Under the pieces are notes generated by a model that saw nothing but the letters and a program-made list of their open reading frames with translations, did no database searches and had not been told where the DNA came from. A DNA stretch of 64,000 nt from positions 39,094 to 103,093 of the forward strand of contig JAZQTV010000108.1 in NCBI GenBank assembly GCA_045630945.1, written 5' to 3'. Both the position numbers and the translations under genes were made by a program. Of the stretch, positions 61,638 through 64,000 are shown in pieces. The stretch comes from Clostridia bacterium. GTDB taxonomy: Bacteria; Bacillota; Clostridia; Christensenellales; QALW01. The stretch's first letter is position 1. Each line of letters opens with the position of its first letter.

Positions 61638-62527
61638 TTTTCTATCACCTCCATAAACAGCTTTTCAAGGGTTGCTTCAACACGTTCAACCTTTAAAACG
61701 GGAAGCTTTTTTTCCGCTATAAAATTAAGCACCGCATAAAGCGAATATTCCTTTTCATCAAAGGTAAGCTCCCTTACGTCCTGCTTTTTCATTTGGGGAA
61801 ACACATTTAAAAGCATTAGTGCTTGTTGGGTGTTTTCCGTTTCAACAAGATATTCATCACTTCTGTACATTGCTTTTATATCTTCTAACTTACCCTGAAG
61901 CGCTGCTTTGCCATCGTTAAGAAGCGCCACGTCGGTACAGATACGCTCAACGTCAGCAAGCACGTGCGTTGAAAATAAAACGGTCGTCTGCTCCTTTACT
62001 GCAAGCAGAATGTCAAGTATTTCCTTTCTGCCAACAGGGTCGAGGGCAGAGGTAGGCTCATCGCAAATTAACAATTCAGGTCTGTTCAAAAGTGCCTGTG
62101 CAATGCCAAGCCGTTGCTTCATACCCCTTGAATAGCCTTTTATACGGTGCTTTTCATCCTTAAGCCCCACAAGCGCAAGCAATTCGTTACTGCGGCTGAT
62201 GCGCTCACTTTTTTTCATTCCCGCAATCTCCCCGCAAAAATTAAGATACTCACTTGCAGTCATAAAGGAATAAAATTCAGGCACGTCCGGAAGATAGCCT
62301 ATGCACTTATCGGTATTGCCATAAACAACCTTTCTGCCGTTTACGGTAATTTCGCCCGAATTTGCACGAAGCAGACCCAGCACCGTTTTCATTGTGGTAG
62401 TTTTACCTGCGCCGTTCTTACCGATAAAGCCGTATATACTGTTTCGCGGTACCGAAAACGTTAATCCGTCAAGCACTCTTTTATCGCCAAACCGCTTGTT
62501 GAGCCCTTCTATACGCAGAATATCCAT
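61634..62527 (-). CDS. ABC transporter ATP-binding protein (YxlF-like)
   Basis: GKNGAGKTT (Walker A), YSRGMKQRLGIA (signature) and LLICDEPTSALD (Walker B). Confidence 0.85.
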   Translation of the reverse strand: MDILRIEGLNKRFGDKRVLDGLTFSVPRNSIYGFIGKNGAGKTTTMKTVLGLLRANSGEITVNGRKVVYGNTDKCIGYLPDVPEFYSFMTASEYLNFCGEIAGMKKSERISRSNELLALVGLKDEKHRIKGYSRGMKQRLGIAQALLNRPELLICDEPTSALDPVGRKEILDILLAVKEQTTVLFSTHVLADVERICTDVALLNDGKAALQGKLEDIKAMYRSDEYLVETENTQQALMLLNVFPQMKKQDVRELTFDEKEYSLYAVLNFIAEKKLPVLKVERVEATLEKLFMEVIEK

Positions 62528-62730
62528 TAATTATCGTCCTTTCCAAGCACGAAATAAAGGATGGGCCCTACAAAATTCATAAATACGATGGTAATTATAA
62601 GCCACGTAACACGGTTGCCATGCTTATATGTGCTATGCGTAAGAATGTGATACAGAGTATAACCGAGTAACGCAAACTGCAAGATTATAAGAGGAATTAA
62701 AAAAGGGAGAAATTCCAAAAATTCAGCCAT
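62527..62730 (-). CDS. PLDc_N (PLD nuclease N-terminal) domain small membrane protein, YxlE-like
   Basis: Start taken at ATG 62730 (MAEFLEFLPFLIPLIILQFALLGYTLYHIL...WLIITIVFMNFVGPILYFVLG). It has two TM helices with the ...GPI.YF..G ending. The ORF-track extension to 62937 overlaps merR and is rejected. Confidence 0.6.
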   Translation of the reverse strand: MAEFLEFLPFLIPLIILQFALLGYTLYHILTHSTYKHGNRVTWLIITIVFMNFVGPILYFVLGKDDN

Positions 62731-63460
62731 TATTTTTATCCTCGCTTTCTGCATACACCTCAACACATAAGCCGTTATACTGACATTCGGGGCATTTAAG
62801 CTTGCGCATTTTAGGCGTATGGTTTGCCCAAAACGCTTCCTTAAAGCGCGGCTTGAACACCGCGTGACATTCGGGGCAAATATATTTAACATGATTAAAG
62901 TAATAAATTGAAACCGATGTACCCCACGCGGTAGCAATCACCGCCCACAAAACAAACAACCACCAAATACCGTTTGTTATCCACAAAATGATGGAGGTTA
63001 TCTGCAGTGCAGTTACGGGAATGCCCGTAATCAGCATCATCAATCTCATTGCCGTAAGCTTATTTTTCTGCTTCATTATATACGCTATGTCACCTATTGA
63101 ATCAACGGAAAAGTTCTCGATATCCTTCATTTCGCGCTTGATTGCCTCAATTATATTGCGCTTTTTTTCAAGGTCGGCTATTTCTTCATTTAATTCCTGA
63201 TATTGCTGATTAAGCAATATGGAAATTATCTTTTCGGGATGCTTTTCTGAAAAAAGCTGTGCAATACCGTTTATTGGTATATTTGCTTCACGCAGAAAGC
63301 AGATTATACGCATTTTTTTAAGATCTTCATCCGAATACAACCTTCTGCCGCCCTCTGAAAGTTCACTTGGTACAAGAATGCTTCTTGCATCGTAATACTG
63401 CACCGTTCTTACCGATACGTTGCAGAGCTTTGCAATCTCGCCCGTTGTGTATTTTGGCAT
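62723..63460 (-). CDS. MerR family transcriptional regulator fused to TM helices and a C-terminal zinc ribbon
   Basis: YTTGEIAKLCNVSVRTVQYYDARSIL.PSE..EGGRRLYSDEDL is the MerR HTH. After a coiled region come two TM helices (LMMLITGIPVTALQITSIILWI, WWLFVLWAVIATAWG), then CPEC...(22)...CPEC. Confidence 0.8.
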   Translation of the reverse strand: MPKYTTGEIAKLCNVSVRTVQYYDARSILVPSELSEGGRRLYSDEDLKKMRIICFLREANIPINGIAQLFSEKHPEKIISILLNQQYQELNEEIADLEKKRNIIEAIKREMKDIENFSVDSIGDIAYIMKQKNKLTAMRLMMLITGIPVTALQITSIILWITNGIWWLFVLWAVIATAWGTSVSIYYFNHVKYICPECHAVFKPRFKEAFWANHTPKMRKLKCPECQYNGLCVEVYAESEDKNNG

Positions 63461-63727
63461 AGCTTTTTCACCACCTTCATCCCTATTATATTATATTACC
63501 CTGCGTAACAAGCAACTGTTTTTTATAAAAATCAAGAAATATACCGTTATTTTATACTTATATTATACCAAAAACAAAAAAATAATTAAGGTTTCCGTGA
63601 TTTTACTATAATAATAAAACCAATAGGATAAGTGAAGCGAACCCCATTTAGTTCACAAACAAAAAAAGCGAATTAAAGGTTCCGTCGAAATCACTTCCGA
63701 GAATTTTCATTCATTTACCCTTTGATA

Positions 63728-64000
63728 TCAAATTATTCTTTCCATTCCGTCGTAGGCAACCTCAACACCGAATTCCTGCATATTTTTTACAAGCTCCTCG
63801 TGGGAATTATGCAGGGTGCGTGCCATATGACTTATGCAAAACTGCTTTACGTCAGGATTTAAGGTGTAGGTCATTTCCTTTACCATATTAAGATTGTTGT
63901 GTTCAAAAATTCTGAAATCGCCCTTAATATCGCCTACCGTTGCATCTAAAATAGCGTAATCGATATTGTTTTCCTTTATAGCGGCTACCTCCTTATAGGT
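63728..64000 (-). CDS. MBL-fold metallo-hydrolase (PhnP-like), C-terminal fragment; paralog of 19845-20666
   Basis: Own translation of the minus strand gives ...AAIKENNIDYAILDATVGDIKGDFRIFEHNNLNMVKEMTYTLNPDVKQFCISHMARTLHNSHEELVKNMQEFGVEVAYDGMERII*. This is colinear with the C-terminus of the 19845-20666 protein (...INHFSHNANPLHHVLEERVKDLDFLVSFDGMTVEI*). The gene continues beyond the window end. Confidence 0.6.
   Translation of the reverse strand, partial: TYKEVAAIKENNIDYAILDATVGDIKGDFRIFEHNNLNMVKEMTYTLNPDVKQFCISHMARTLHNSHEELVKNMQEFGVEVAYDGMERII

Noticed and set aside
62731-62937. N-terminal extension of the PLDc_N ORF (136-aa version)
   Set aside because: It overlaps the 3' end of the merR gene in another frame. 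The conserved small-protein architecture starts at Met70 (ATG 62730).
63575-63694. Imperfect direct repeat AAAAAAA..AATTAA(A)GGTT(T)CCGT, occurring twice about 86 nt apart in the merR-upstream intergenic region
   Set aside because: It is short, imperfect and AT-rich. I cannot assign it to a terminator, operator or known RNA, and chance similarity in an AT-rich spacer is plausible.
1-64000. CRISPR arrays, cas genes, tRNA/rRNA genes, transposases, integrases, relaxases
   Set aside because: I scanned the intergenic regions and the ORF list. I saw no regularly spaced direct repeats, no cloverleaf-like or rRNA-like segments, and no recombinase or transposase-like ORFs. Absence by eye is not proof. 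Tools such as tRNAscan-SE, Infernal or CRISPRCasFinder would settle it.

Overview
The window is a 64-kb chromosomal segment of a spore-forming Firmicute of Clostridia type. Supporting markers are an Rnf/ApbE flavinylation module, sigG, ECF-transporter S components behind THF and FMN riboswitches, and a T-box leader on valS. I support about 60 protein genes, three cis-regulatory RNAs, several near-consensus sigma-A promoters and about a dozen intrinsic terminators. I saw no rRNA, tRNA, CRISPR array, cas gene, transposase, integrase or relaxase. Layout: 1-13.3 kb is housekeeping (rnfC fragment, apbE, ychF, folT-folC, ribU, sigG, pgsA, valS, efp). 13.3-25.3 kb holds two AraC-controlled glycoside-utilisation loci (GH78 rhamnosidase, two tandem Gfo/Idh/MocA paralogs, TIM-barrel isomerase, esterase, amidohydrolase). 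25.3-42.9 kb is mixed (trmO, trkAH, an orphan TagGH-like exporter with a double-GT2 enzyme, conserved unknowns, NhaC, recX, nnr). 56.2-63.5 kb holds a second GH78 locus and a MerR/YxlE-like/ABC module. The stand-out is a tightly packed minus-strand cluster at 42,993-51,392, bounded by terminators and driven by two promoters that share an 11-nt core. It encodes a PcfJ-like Zn-ribbon protein, a Clp-D2-like AAA+ protein that has lost its P-loop, and a transmembrane-less VirD4/TraG-type ATPase. These are followed by a sigma-70-like factor, an HxxxCxxC anti-sigma, an orphan Card1/Can2-type CARF-nuclease carrying an S-C-K variant motif, and a winged-helix protein. No cyclase, cas genes or conjugation machinery lie nearby. 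I propose it as a candidate undescribed signalling/defence system. Immediately upstream is a separate operon containing a TIR-TM-sensor protein with Toll-like-receptor topology between two amidotransferase-type genes. All family calls are by-eye motif recognition without database searches.
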